Assembly: GCA_036960525.1 (NCBI GenBank)
Contig: JBALXR010000002.1
Location: 1,287-65,286, forward strand
Source: Marinobacter sp.
GTDB taxonomy: Bacteria > Pseudomonadota > Gammaproteobacteria > Pseudomonadales > Oleiphilaceae
Reading direction: 5' to 3'
Length of the DNA: 64,000 bases
Made by a program: the position numbers and the translations under genes. Below are positions 31,146 through 41,136 of the stretch, piece by piece (position 1 is the first letter of the stretch; every line of letters begins with the position of its first letter). A model generated the notes under the pieces. It was not told where the DNA came from, did no database searches, and was given only the letters and a program-made list of their open reading frames with translations.

Positions 31146-31940
31146 TTACACCGCAACCGCGTCAGATGCTTTCTTTGCTCCGTGCCGGCGAACCATTTCA
31201 CCCGCCAGCGCCAGATAGGCAATAGCGCCTTTCGAGGCTTTGTCGTACTTCAAAGCGGGCATGCCGTGGCTGGGTGCTTCGGCCAGACGCACGTTACGGG
31301 GAATGACGACGCGGTATACTTTGTCGCCAAAAAACTCGGTGAGCTGGCCGGACACATCCCGCGTCAAACTGCTGCGGGGGTCGTACATCGTACGCAGAAT
31401 GCCCTCAACCTGCAGATTGGGATTTACCGTTTCCTGAATCTGCTGAACCGTGTTCATGAGCGCTGCCAGGCCTTCCAACGCGTAATACTCACATTGCATC
31501 GGAATCAGAATGGAATCGGCGAACGACAGCGCGTTCACCGTCAGCAGGTTCAGCGATGGGGGGCAATCAATCAACACATAATCGTAGTTGTCACGAAGCG
31601 GGTTCAGAGCTTGACGCAAACGATGCTCACGGCCGATTTCCGTCATCAGCTCCACTTCAGCTGCGGTCAAATCACCGTTACCCGGCATGATGTCGTAACC
31701 CCCCATCTCGTTATAAATGATAATCTCACTGGCGCTGGCACGCTTGGTGAGCAAATCATAACCAGAGAGTTGCAGAGCGTTTTTATCAATGCCGCTGCCC
31801 ATGGTGGCATTGCCCTGGGGGTCCATGTCTACCAGCAGCACCCGGCGTTTGGTCGCTGCCAGAGATGCGGCAAGGTTGACGCAGGTGGTGGTTTTACCCA
31901 CACCGCCTTTCTGATTGGTCACTGCAATCACGCGCGCCAT
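31146..31940 (-). CDS. parA: Chromosome partitioning ATPase ParA/Soj
   Basis: NQKGGVGKTT, DMDPQGNAT, DCPPSL and IPRNVRLAEAPS. Confidence 0.97.
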   Translation of the reverse strand: MARVIAVTNQKGGVGKTTTCVNLAASLAATKRRVLLVDMDPQGNATMGSGIDKNALQLSGYDLLTKRASASEIIIYNEMGGYDIMPGNGDLTAAEVELMTEIGREHRLRQALNPLRDNYDYVLIDCPPSLNLLTVNALSFADSILIPMQCEYYALEGLAALMNTVQQIQETVNPNLQVEGILRTMYDPRSSLTRDVSGQLTEFFGDKVYRVVIPRNVRLAEAPSHGMPALKYDKASKGAIAYLALAGEMVRRHGAKKASDAVAV

Positions 31941-31998
31941 CGCCTGCCTCCTGTGTCTGAATGGGTTGTCTGTCAGAGGATCAGCGCTGCTGAATTCC

Positions 31999-32646
31999 TC
32001 AGTGTGGGTGCTCGTTGCGGCCAATAATCAGCACGTTACGCTCACCCTCTACGCCAGGTACTGCCAGCCTATGACTAGAGTTTACCTGCCAGCCACGGCC
32101 AAGGGCAGCCACCTCATCATCGGGATACTGGCCTTTCATGGCAATAAACTCACCGTTACCTGCCAGCAGGTGGTCGCACCAGCTCACCTGGTTGTCCAGC
32201 GCGGTAAATGCACGGCTGCTGATCTGGGTAAACAGCTCACTGGGCTGGTACGCCTCGGCGCGACTGTGAATAACGTCCAAGTTGCGCAATCCCAACTCCA
32301 GCACACACTGCTTCAGGAAGCGGGTCTTCTTACCGTTACTGTCCAGCAGGGTAAAGTGCGTGCCTGGCAGGGCAATGGCCAGCGGAATTCCCGGCAAACC
32401 GCCACCAGCACCGGCATCCAGCAGATGGTGGGTAGTTACAAACGGCAAAATGCTTAGGCTGTCCAGCAGTTGACGCGACACCATCTCGCGCTCATCACGC
32501 ACGGCGGTCAGGTTGAAGGCCTTATTCCATTTAGCCAGCAACGCCAAAAATGCCAGCAACTGTCGCTGTTGGCTGGCGTCGAGCTTGATTTCCATTTGCG
32601 CCAGGCCTTCGTCGAGCTGACGCTGCCATATCGGATTCTGTGCCAT
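31999..32646 (-). CDS. rsmG: 16S rRNA m7G527 methyltransferase
   Basis: KWNKAFNLTAVR, DAGAGGGLPG, LDSNGKK and SRAF. Confidence 0.97.
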   Translation of the reverse strand: MAQNPIWQRQLDEGLAQMEIKLDASQQRQLLAFLALLAKWNKAFNLTAVRDEREMVSRQLLDSLSILPFVTTHHLLDAGAGGGLPGIPLAIALPGTHFTLLDSNGKKTRFLKQCVLELGLRNLDVIHSRAEAYQPSELFTQISSRAFTALDNQVSWCDHLLAGNGEFIAMKGQYPDDEVAALGRGWQVNSSHRLAVPGVEGERNVLIIGRNEHPH

Positions 32647-34533
32647 TTACGCGCTCTGCTTGCGCAACAAGTCGCGCTTTTTCATATGCACCAGAATCTG
32701 GCTAATGGCGGCCGGTGTAACACCTTGAACCCGGGATGCCTGGGCTACGGTTTCAGGCCGAACGGCTCCTAGCTTCTGCTTGATTTCATTGGACAATCCA
32801 CCAATTATGCCATAATCCAAATCAACTGGTAGCGCAGTGTTCTCATTTTTGCGCAGGCGCTCTATCTCGTCGGCCTGGCGCGAAATATAGCCTTCGTACT
32901 TAATCTCAATTTCAACCTGATCAGCCACTACGGCGTCATCGGCACGATATTGTGCAATATCGGCAATATGAGCGTACACGATTTCCGGGCGCCGCAGCAG
33001 CTCGGCCAATGTGTGGTCACGGCCTAAGGGCTGTTTCAGGAACTGATTGGCACGCTCACCTGCCGCGGTGTTCGGATGCACGCGAGTGCCTTCCAGGCGG
33101 GTGCGTTCGGTGCCGATGGCATCGCGCTTGGCGTTGAATTTACCCCAGCGCTCGTCGTCTACTAGGCCCAGTTCGCGGCCGCTGTCGGTCAGGCGCAGGT
33201 CGGCGTTGTCTTCGCGCAAAATCAGCCGGTATTCAGCGCGGCTGGTGAACATACGATAGGGCTCCGAAGTACCCATGGTGATCAGATCGTCTACCAGCAC
33301 ACCAATGTAGGCCTCATCACGGCGGGGGTACCAGGCGTCTTTTTCCTGCGCCTGCCGAGCAGCGTTGATGCCCGCCAGCAGTCCCTGGGCAGCCGCTTCT
33401 TCGTAACCGGTGGTGCCGTTAATCTGGCCAGCAAAATACAGGCCCTGAATGAACTTGGTTTCCAGGGTATGGCGTAAATCCTGCGGATTCAGATAATCGT
33501 ACTCGATGGCGTAGCCCGGGCGCATGATGTGGGCGTTTTCAAAGCCCGGAATTGACTGCACTGCCCTAACCTGGATATCAAACGGCAAGCTGGTGGAAAT
33601 GCCGTTGGGATAAAGCTCGTGTGTGGTCAAGCCTTCAGGCTCGACAAAAATCTGGTGCGAACTCTTGTCGGCAAACCGGCTTACTTTATCTTCTAAAGAC
33701 GGGCAGTAACGTGGGCCAACACCGCCAATATTGCCGGTGAACATCGGTGAGCGATCAAAGCCGCTGCGGATTATGTCGTGGGTTTCTTCGGTGGTACGGG
33801 TGATATAACAGCAAACTTGCCGTGGGTGTTCATCGCGAGAACCCATAAACGACATTACTGGCGATGGGTCATCGCCCCACTGCTGCTGCATCACTGAAAA
33901 ATCTACGCTGCGGGCGTCAATGCGCGGCGGCGTGCCGGTTTTCAACCGGCCAACGTTAAACGGTAGCTCCCGCAGGCGCTCGGCCAACGAATTGGCCGGA
34001 GCATCGCCAGCACGGCCACCGGCGTGATTTTTCATACCAATGTGTATGATGCCGCCCAAAAACGTACCGGTGGTCAACACCACTGTCTTGCTCAAGAAAC
34101 GGATGCCGGTCTGAGTGACTACGCCGGTTACACGCTCGTTCTCTACAATCAGGTCATCGGCGGACTGCTGGAACAGAGTCAAATTAGGCTGGTTTTCCAG
34201 TATTTCGCGGATGGCCGCCTTGTACAGAATGCGGTCGGTTTGGGCCCGGGTAGCGCGCACGGCGGGTCCCTTGCGGCCATTCAACACGCGAAACTGGATA
34301 CCAGCCCTGTCGGTGGCACGGGCCATAGCGCCGCCCAAGGCGTCGATCTCTTTTACCAGATGGCTTTTACCAATACCGCCAATGGCAGGGTTACAGGACA
34401 TCTGCCCCAACGTTTCAATGTTGTGGGTCAGCAACAGGGTTTTTGAACCCATACGCGCTGCTGCCAGCGCGGCTTCGGTGCCCGCATGGCCACCACCAAT
34501 AACAATTACATCGAAACGGGTCGGAAAATCCAC
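32647..34533 (-). CDS. mnmG: tRNA uridine 5-carboxymethylaminomethyl modification enzyme (GidA)
   Basis: [31 protein letters not shown] and [13 protein letters not shown]. Confidence 0.99.
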   Translation of the reverse strand: MDFPTRFDVIVIGGGHAGTEAALAAARMGSKTLLLTHNIETLGQMSCNPAIGGIGKSHLVKEIDALGGAMARATDRAGIQFRVLNGRKGPAVRATRAQTDRILYKAAIREILENQPNLTLFQQSADDLIVENERVTGVVTQTGIRFLSKTVVLTTGTFLGGIIHIGMKNHAGGRAGDAPANSLAERLRELPFNVGRLKTGTPPRIDARSVDFSVMQQQWGDDPSPVMSFMGSRDEHPRQVCCYITRTTEETHDIIRSGFDRSPMFTGNIGGVGPRYCPSLEDKVSRFADKSSHQIFVEPEGLTTHELYPNGISTSLPFDIQVRAVQSIPGFENAHIMRPGYAIEYDYLNPQDLRHTLETKFIQGLYFAGQINGTTGYEEAAAQGLLAGINAARQAQEKDAWYPRRDEAYIGVLVDDLITMGTSEPYRMFTSRAEYRLILREDNADLRLTDSGRELGLVDDERWGKFNAKRDAIGTERTRLEGTRVHPNTAAGERANQFLKQPLGRDHTLAELLRRPEIVYAHIADIAQYRADDAVVADQVEIEIKYEGYISRQADEIERLRKNENTALPVDLDYGIIGGLSNEIKQKLGAVRPETVAQASRVQGVTPAAISQILVHMKKRDLLRKQSA

Positions 34534-34740
34534 AAATCACCTCAGACAACGGAAACAGAATCGGGTAAAAAACCGGGCGGCGAGTATAACGCCTCGGCGA
34601 CCAGATTGCAGTCAGGATGTGCAAATTTTAACCAGCCAAGGCAGCCTTGAACAGAATTTCTTAAATTTCTCAGCAATGGCTGTGAAATTAACTAGATTTC
34701 AACCGCTTGTCATCCTTTGTTCAAGTTCGTCTCGATAAAG

Positions 34741-34860
34741 TTATCCACAGATCGGCGCGTTTGTTAAATACCCTTATTAACAGCATAACATTATGTTTTG
34801 TATCGATTTAAAAAAATAAATTCAATTGCCGCCCGCAGCTTGTTCACTTATTTATCCACA
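34741..34860 (+). promoter_or_regulatory. Two perfect DnaA boxes and an AT-rich tract upstream of mnmG
   Basis: TTATCCACA at 34741-34749 and 34852-34860 flanking an AT-rich stretch. Confidence 0.75.
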
Positions 34861-36191
34861 TGGCTGACGGTTGATTCCTGCCCTTTGTAGCGGCGAATCC
34901 GTAACACCAGCGGCAGTACCAGCAGATTCACCACAGACAAGACCAACAAAAACAATGGAATACTCAAACCGGCAATTCCCAGCAGAAGCATACCCGCCAG
35001 CGCACTGACTACCATAAACAACGAATTGATGACGTTCAGCGCAGCGATAATGCGGGCGCGTTTATGGGCTTCGGTGGCACTCTGAATATAAGCGTACAAA
35101 GGCACAATAAAGAGTCCGCCGGCGGCGCCAATCAACACCAGATCAACCAGCAGTCTCCAGTACTCAGGTTGACTCAGTAACAACCACCAAGTGGTTGGCG
35201 CGGCACTGGCCGGCAGTGCAAAAAACAGATCGATACCCGGTAAGGTTAAACCCAAGGCACCCCAGGGCACGGGCGCCAGGCTGATACTGTGTCGGGTTAG
35301 CCGTTCACACAGCACCGAGCCACTGGCAATTCCGACAATAAACAGCGACAGCAATAAGGTCACAACGGTTTCATCGCCCTGCAGATGCAACCGCGCAAAA
35401 TTTGGGAACTGGGTTAGATAGGCTGCGCCCAAAAACCAGAACCAGGAAATCGCCAATATCGCCAGCAACACCGGGCGCTGTTCGGCGGCCACTGCCATCA
35501 AACGCCAACTTTCCCGCAGGGGCTGCCAGCGCATGGGGCTCATTGATTTCGGTAGTTCGGGCGCGGCCGTAGCGGGTATTTGGCGCGCACTCAAGTAACC
35601 CAATAGCGCCATAATAACTACGGCAAACGCTATCAGCGGAGTTGCCAGGGGCAAACTGGCCAGTACACCGGCGGCAATGGTGCCCAGCAGTATGGCCACG
35701 AATGTGCCGCCACTCACCAGACCATTACCACCCACCAGCTCGCTGGGCTTCAGCACCTGGGGTAAAATGGAGTACTTGACCGGGCCAAAAAAGGCGGACT
35801 GGGTGCCCATCAAAAACAGCAGGCACAGCAGCACGCCGTACCAACCTTGCCATAGCGCTAACGCGGCCAAGGTCATGATGGCAATTTCTGCGGCTTTCAC
35901 CCAACGAATAATACGGGCTTTTTCGTGGCGGTCTGCCAACTGGCCGGCCAGCCCGGAAAACAGAAAATAAGGCACAATAAACAAAAACGCAGCCAAATTG
36001 ACCACCAGGTCCACCGGCAGGCCGGCCCAGCCTACGGTGGTAAAGGTGATCAGCAGCAAGAGCGCGTTCTTGTAAAGGTTGTCGTTAAAAGCGCCGCTGA
36101 ACTGGGTCAGGTAGAACGGCAAAAATCGCCGCTGGCGCAATAGCTGAAATTGGCTCGAACTGGTTTTGGGGTTGGTGTTAAGACTGCTCAC
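34848..36191 (-). CDS. MFS transporter (Aas/LplT-associated type)
   Basis: YLTQFSGAFNDNLYK, AGQLADR, FFGPVKYSILPQ and FIVPLYA. Probable GTG start at 36191 overlaps the RND stop. Confidence 0.85.
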   Translation of the reverse strand: MSSLNTNPKTSSSQFQLLRQRRFLPFYLTQFSGAFNDNLYKNALLLLITFTTVGWAGLPVDLVVNLAAFLFIVPYFLFSGLAGQLADRHEKARIIRWVKAAEIAIMTLAALALWQGWYGVLLCLLFLMGTQSAFFGPVKYSILPQVLKPSELVGGNGLVSGGTFVAILLGTIAAGVLASLPLATPLIAFAVVIMALLGYLSARQIPATAAPELPKSMSPMRWQPLRESWRLMAVAAEQRPVLLAILAISWFWFLGAAYLTQFPNFARLHLQGDETVVTLLLSLFIVGIASGSVLCERLTRHSISLAPVPWGALGLTLPGIDLFFALPASAAPTTWWLLLSQPEYWRLLVDLVLIGAAGGLFIVPLYAYIQSATEAHKRARIIAALNVINSLFMVVSALAGMLLLGIAGLSIPLFLLVLSVVNLLVLPLVLRIRRYKGQESTVSHVDK

Positions 36192-39100
36192 TGAGCGCTT
36201 CCAGCTTTCGCTCAACAGTGTTGGCAGAGCTGGCAAAACGCGCCAGCAAATTGTACAGCACCGGCACAATAAACAGCGTCATGCTGGTGGCAAACACCAG
36301 CCCCCCCAGTATGACCACACCAATAGCGGCACGGCTTTCAGCGCCAGCACCGGTTGCCAGTACCAGAGGAACAGCACCAAACACCGTAGAGATGGTGGTC
36401 ATCAGTACCGGGCGGAAACGCAACACGGAGCCTTCCACAATGGCGTCGCGTACCGAGTAGCCCTGATCCCGCAGCTGATTGGCAAATTCAACAATCAAAA
36501 TGCCGTTTTTCGCCATTAATCCCAGCAGCATAATAATGCCAATCTGGCTGTAAATGTTCAGGCTGATTCCGGTCCACCACAGGGCCATGAGTGCACCGGT
36601 AATCGACAGCGGCACCGACAACATAATAATCAGCGGATGGATCCAACTTTCAAACTGCGCAGCCAACACCAGAAATACAATCAAAAAAGCCAGGCCAAAG
36701 GTGATAAATATAGCCGATGAAGATTCCTGGAACTCTCGCGACAGCCCGCGATAGCTTACCCGCGCTTCCGGCGGCAGGGTGTCCATCGCCAGGGTGTTCA
36801 AGTAATCCAGCGCCGAGGCCAGGTCATAACCGTCGGCCAGGGATCCGCTGATGACGACCGCCGGCAACCGGTCGATGCGGCGCAAATCCGGATTGGCGCC
36901 AACCTCTTTCCAGCTCACCAAAGCCTGCAAAGGCACCATTTGCCCGCCTTCCCGCGGGCGCAGGAAAATCTGGCCCAGGTCTTCCGGCGTAGCACGGTCG
37001 GCGTCTGCGGCCTGCACGATAACATCGTATTCGCGGCCACGGTCAACGTAAGTCGTCACCTGGCGCGACGCCAGCATGGTTTGCAGGGTTAAACCGACAT
37101 CCTGCACGGTAATATCCAGGTCGGCAGCGCGTTCGCGGTCTATGTTTACCCGCAGTTCCGGTCGGGTCAGTTCGAAATCGGTTTCCAGGCTGAGCAGATT
37201 GGGGTTCTGTTTCGCCCGTTCGATCAGTTCTTCACTCCAGGCCTGCACCGATGCGTAATCCGGCCCCGCTACCACAAATTCAACCGGCTGGCTGAAACCG
37301 CGCTGGCCCAGGCCCGGCGGGTTGATGGGAATAACCCTTGCCCCGGAGATCTGGCTCATTTTTTGGCGAATCTGATTGGTCACATCCTGTTGTTTGATGT
37401 CACGTTCATTCCAGGGCACCAGGCCCATGATCATAAACCCGCGGTCTTCCTCACCGCGAAAGCCCACGATGGACAGCATCCGGCTAGCAACGCCGTCTTC
37501 CAGATAGGGCAACAGCTGAGCTTCCGCCTGGCGTACATAATGATCGGTGAATTCCACGGTCGAGCCGCGGGGGGCGCTGACCGGCATGATAATGGTGCCA
37601 CGGTCTTCGGTTGGCGCCAGTTCTTGCGGCAACTGGGGATAAATAGCACCGGCGGCCACCAGACCCGCCAGCCCTAATCCCAACCACAAACCGGGCTGGC
37701 GCAGGGCAAATTCCAATCCCCTGCGATAGCCACTGGCAAGACCATCAAGACTTTTTTCAATGACCGCCCAAAAACCCTTGGTCTGCCCGGCCTTGAGGCT
37801 AGGGCGCAGCCATTTTGAACACAGCATGGGCGCCAGGGTAAGCGCCACAAAACTGGAAAACACCACCGCAGCGGCCAGGGTAAAACCGAATTCGGCAAAC
37901 AGCCGACCCACGTTGCCACCCATAAAGGAAATGGGCACGAACACCGCCACCAGGGTAACGGTCGTAGCGATCACCGCAAACGCCACCTGGCGCGCGCCGT
38001 GATAGGCCGCAAGCAACGGCGCTTCGCCGTCATCAATGCGACGCTGAATGTTTTCAAGCATTACAATCGCGTCGTCCACCACCAGGCCAATGGCCAGTAT
38101 TACCGCTAACAACGTCAGCACGTTAACCGAGAAGCCAAGAAGGCCGAGGCCAATGAAAGCACCAATCACCGCCACCGGAATGGTCACCGCCGGGATCAGA
38201 GTGGCGCGCCAGGAGCGCAAAAACAGGAAGATGACCAGAATCACCAGAGCCACGGAAATAGCCAGAGTGGTCATGACCTCTTTGATAGACGCGCGAATAA
38301 ACACCGATTCGTCGTAGCTTTCAGCAATCGACACTTCCGGGGGCAGGGATTCGCGAATCTGCGCTAACTCGGCCTGTACGGCGTCGGACACGGCCACTGT
38401 ATTGGCTTTAGACTGGCGGATAATACCCAGGCCTATAGATGTCTTGCCGCTAGCACGCAGGCTGCCGGCATCGTTTTCAACGCCCATTTGCACATTGGCC
38501 ACTTCACCCAGGCGCAGCAAATCGTTGCCGGAGCGACGCACCACCAGATTGCGGAACTCATCAACGGTGGTCAGTCGGCCCTCAGCACGCACGGTAAAGT
38601 TACGGGTAGAAGATTCTATCGAACCAGCAGGAAGTTCCACGTTGTTAGCCCGCAGAGCCTGTTCCACCTCGGCGACGGTAACGTCCCGCGCGGCCAGCTT
38701 CTCACGGTCTAGCCATACACGTATGGCGTAGCGACGTTCGCCACCAATACGCACATCCGCCACGCCATCCAGCACCGAGAAGCGGTCTGCCAGAACACGG
38801 TCGGCATAATCGCTCAATTCTGCGCTGTCCCACACGTCACTGCGCAGGGTGATCCACATCATTGGGCGGGCATCGGAATCGGCTTTGCTTACCACCGGCG
38901 CGTCGGCTTCTTCCGGCAACTGATTGCTAATGCGCGATACCGCATCGCGCACGTCGTTAGCGGCAATGTCGATATCGCGGCTAGTGTTGAATTCAATGCT
39001 GGTACGGGATTCGCCCTGTTCGGTGGACGATTCAATAGAACGTATGCCTTCGATACCGCTGATGGCGCCTTCAATCAATTCGGTAATCTGGGTATCCACC

Positions 39101-39273
39101 ACTTCGGCGGCGGCGCCGGTGTAATCGGTGCTTATGGACACCACCGGCGGGTCGATATCCGGGTATTCGCGCACCGGCAGCCCCATTAACGCGGTCAGGC
39201 CAAACACCACTATTAACAAGCTCAATACCGTGGCAAACACCGGGCGCTTGATCGACACATCGGACAGCACCAT
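36178..39273 (-). CDS. RND efflux transporter permease (AcrB/AcrD/AcrF family)
   Basis: SIKRPVFA, GLVVDDAIV, AKNGILIVEFAN and RFRPVLMTT; 1031 aa. Confidence 0.96.
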   Translation of the reverse strand: MVLSDVSIKRPVFATVLSLLIVVFGLTALMGLPVREYPDIDPPVVSISTDYTGAAAEVVDTQITELIEGAISGIEGIRSIESSTEQGESRTSIEFNTSRDIDIAANDVRDAVSRISNQLPEEADAPVVSKADSDARPMMWITLRSDVWDSAELSDYADRVLADRFSVLDGVADVRIGGERRYAIRVWLDREKLAARDVTVAEVEQALRANNVELPAGSIESSTRNFTVRAEGRLTTVDEFRNLVVRRSGNDLLRLGEVANVQMGVENDAGSLRASGKTSIGLGIIRQSKANTVAVSDAVQAELAQIRESLPPEVSIAESYDESVFIRASIKEVMTTLAISVALVILVIFLFLRSWRATLIPAVTIPVAVIGAFIGLGLLGFSVNVLTLLAVILAIGLVVDDAIVMLENIQRRIDDGEAPLLAAYHGARQVAFAVIATTVTLVAVFVPISFMGGNVGRLFAEFGFTLAAAVVFSSFVALTLAPMLCSKWLRPSLKAGQTKGFWAVIEKSLDGLASGYRRGLEFALRQPGLWLGLGLAGLVAAGAIYPQLPQELAPTEDRGTIIMPVSAPRGSTVEFTDHYVRQAEAQLLPYLEDGVASRMLSIVGFRGEEDRGFMIMGLVPWNERDIKQQDVTNQIRQKMSQISGARVIPINPPGLGQRGFSQPVEFVVAGPDYASVQAWSEELIERAKQNPNLLSLETDFELTRPELRVNIDRERAADLDITVQDVGLTLQTMLASRQVTTYVDRGREYDVIVQAADADRATPEDLGQIFLRPREGGQMVPLQALVSWKEVGANPDLRRIDRLPAVVISGSLADGYDLASALDYLNTLAMDTLPPEARVSYRGLSREFQESSSAIFITFGLAFLIVFLVLAAQFESWIHPLIIMLSVPLSITGALMALWWTGISLNIYSQIGIIMLLGLMAKNGILIVEFANQLRDQGYSVRDAIVEGSVLRFRPVLMTTISTVFGAVPLVLATGAGAESRAAIGVVILGGLVFATSMTLFIVPVLYNLLARFASSANTVERKLEALSEQS

Positions 39274-39276
39274 AGC

Positions 39277-40389
39277 TTAAGACTCCCCGCCATTGTCTGC
39301 GCCTGCGCCCGAAATAAAGCGGTTAGCGGGCAGCTGCGCGTCAGGGTTCGGCGACACCCGTTCGCCACTGCTCAAACGATCCTGACCGGTTACGATAACC
39401 TCGGCGCCCTCTTCCAGGCCCTCCGTCACTTCTACCTGGCCCGGCAAGCGTGCGCCCAGGCTCACGGTCAAACGCCGGGCGATGCCATCTTCAGCCACGA
39501 ACACGTAGCTGTTGTCACCGCGCACGATCACCGCTTGTTCTGGAATCACCAAAGACTGGCGCTGTTGCAGAGTCAAGCTGGCCGACATGAACTGGCCCGG
39601 GCGCAGCCGACCATCGGCGTTGTCGATCAGAGCGCGCACAGCCAGCGAACGGTTGAGCTCACTCACCCGCGAATCCAGCGCCACCAGTTCGCCGCCAAAT
39701 GACTGCCCCGGGTAGGCCGGAGACTCGCCCTGCACTGCCAGGCCGGCTTTAAGCTGGCCCAGGTAGCGTTCCGGCACTGAGAAGTTCAGTTCCATACGGC
39801 GGGTACTGTCGAGTGACGCAAGGCGAGTGCCGGCAGTGACGTAAGCGCCCAGGCTGACATCACTGAGGCCAATAACGCCGGCAAACGGCGCAGTAATTCG
39901 ATGGTTTTCCAAATTGACTTTAGCCGCTACGCGCTGGGCCTGAAGCACGTCGGCGGCGGTGCGCAGCTCGTCCATCTGGGCAATGGCGATGTTGTTATTG
40001 GTGCTCAACTGGCGGGCCCGATCGTATTGGCGTTTGGCATCAGCCAAGCGGGCTTCGATAACCTGCAGATCGGCCTGAGCCTGACGATCATCAAGGCGCA
40101 ACAGCAAATCGCCTTTGGCCACCCGCTGCCCGGGTTCGAGGTTGAGTTGCACAACCCGGCCGCTGAGTTCAGTGGTCAAGGCGATCGAGTCTTCGGCCTG
40201 AAGGTTGCCTACCGCTTTTACTCGGTCGCTCACGGTGGTGCGTTCCGGAAACGCCACGGCCACCGATGTGGGCGCACGCTCACGGGCACTCGATGCACCC
40301 GAATCAGCATTACTGTTGTAATACTGCACTAGCCACGCTGCCGCAAGAGCAGCCACCAATAGCACCGCAGCGATCAACCATTGTTTCAT
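39277..40389 (-). CDS. RND membrane fusion (periplasmic adaptor) protein
   Basis: N-terminal TM anchor, GQRVAKGDLL, ITAPFAGVIG, LRPGQF and IPEQAV. Confidence 0.93.
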   Translation of the reverse strand: MKQWLIAAVLLVAALAAAWLVQYYNSNADSGASSARERAPTSVAVAFPERTTVSDRVKAVGNLQAEDSIALTTELSGRVVQLNLEPGQRVAKGDLLLRLDDRQAQADLQVIEARLADAKRQYDRARQLSTNNNIAIAQMDELRTAADVLQAQRVAAKVNLENHRITAPFAGVIGLSDVSLGAYVTAGTRLASLDSTRRMELNFSVPERYLGQLKAGLAVQGESPAYPGQSFGGELVALDSRVSELNRSLAVRALIDNADGRLRPGQFMSASLTLQQRQSLVIPEQAVIVRGDNSYVFVAEDGIARRLTVSLGARLPGQVEVTEGLEEGAEVIVTGQDRLSSGERVSPNPDAQLPANRFISGAGADNGGES

Positions 40390-40447
40390 AATGACTCAGC
40401 CTGTGTCTTTTTCCATTCGCTCGCAGTCGTTCACGCTGCGCTGGCGG

Positions 40448-41008
40448 TCAGGGTTGCTTTTGAATAACCAGAACGATTTCGCCCACATCAATCCCCCACT
40501 TGCTCATGGTGGTTTGATTAATCAGCGTATCCGGCGTTACCAGGTACATCCAATCGTCCATGCGCACTTCAAGGGTACCGTCGCCGTAAGCCACCTCCAG
40601 CATATAGTTCATGTGTATGGCATTGCCCGACCAGCGCATGGTGCCGGCTTCGGTAACGTCACCGGCGGTGGCGCGATAACTCTCGCCGTCTGGCGTTAAG
40701 GTCCATACCCGGGTTTGTACTTCGCCATCATCAAAGCGGAACACCTCGTCTAACGTACCCACGCCCTGTTCGGTCCATGATGCCTTGATGTCCGCGTCAA
40801 AGGTACGAATAACAGCGCCAGACCAGTCTTTGACCACACCACGTGCAGACAGGTTGCCAGTGAAGAACTGGTCGGGCACCAGCGCTGGCGCACGGCCTTG
40901 ATAATCGTCCAGAGAAGGGCCGGCACAACCGCCCAGCAGAAGAAACGGTAGCAGCATCCACAGTCGTATCCAGCCCGGCGCAAGACTGTGCCTGTTATTT
41001 TTCATCAT
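40448..41008 (-). CDS. DUF3833-family lipoprotein
   Basis: Lipobox LGGC, GTLDEVFRFDDGE.QTRVW, MDDWMY and SKWGIDVGE. Confidence 0.85.
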   Translation of the reverse strand: MMKNNRHSLAPGWIRLWMLLPFLLLGGCAGPSLDDYQGRAPALVPDQFFTGNLSARGVVKDWSGAVIRTFDADIKASWTEQGVGTLDEVFRFDDGEVQTRVWTLTPDGESYRATAGDVTEAGTMRWSGNAIHMNYMLEVAYGDGTLEVRMDDWMYLVTPDTLINQTTMSKWGIDVGEIVLVIQKQP

Positions 41009-41136
41009 TATTTCACTCCCTGGAGCAATGGCGAGTTGAGGCGGCTGAAATATCAGCCACCGCAACAGTAACGCACGTTTGGAGAGTTTACGCTGGCGCC
41101 CGAGGTTCCGATCAGATTTCGGTGAGCGCCAGAGTT

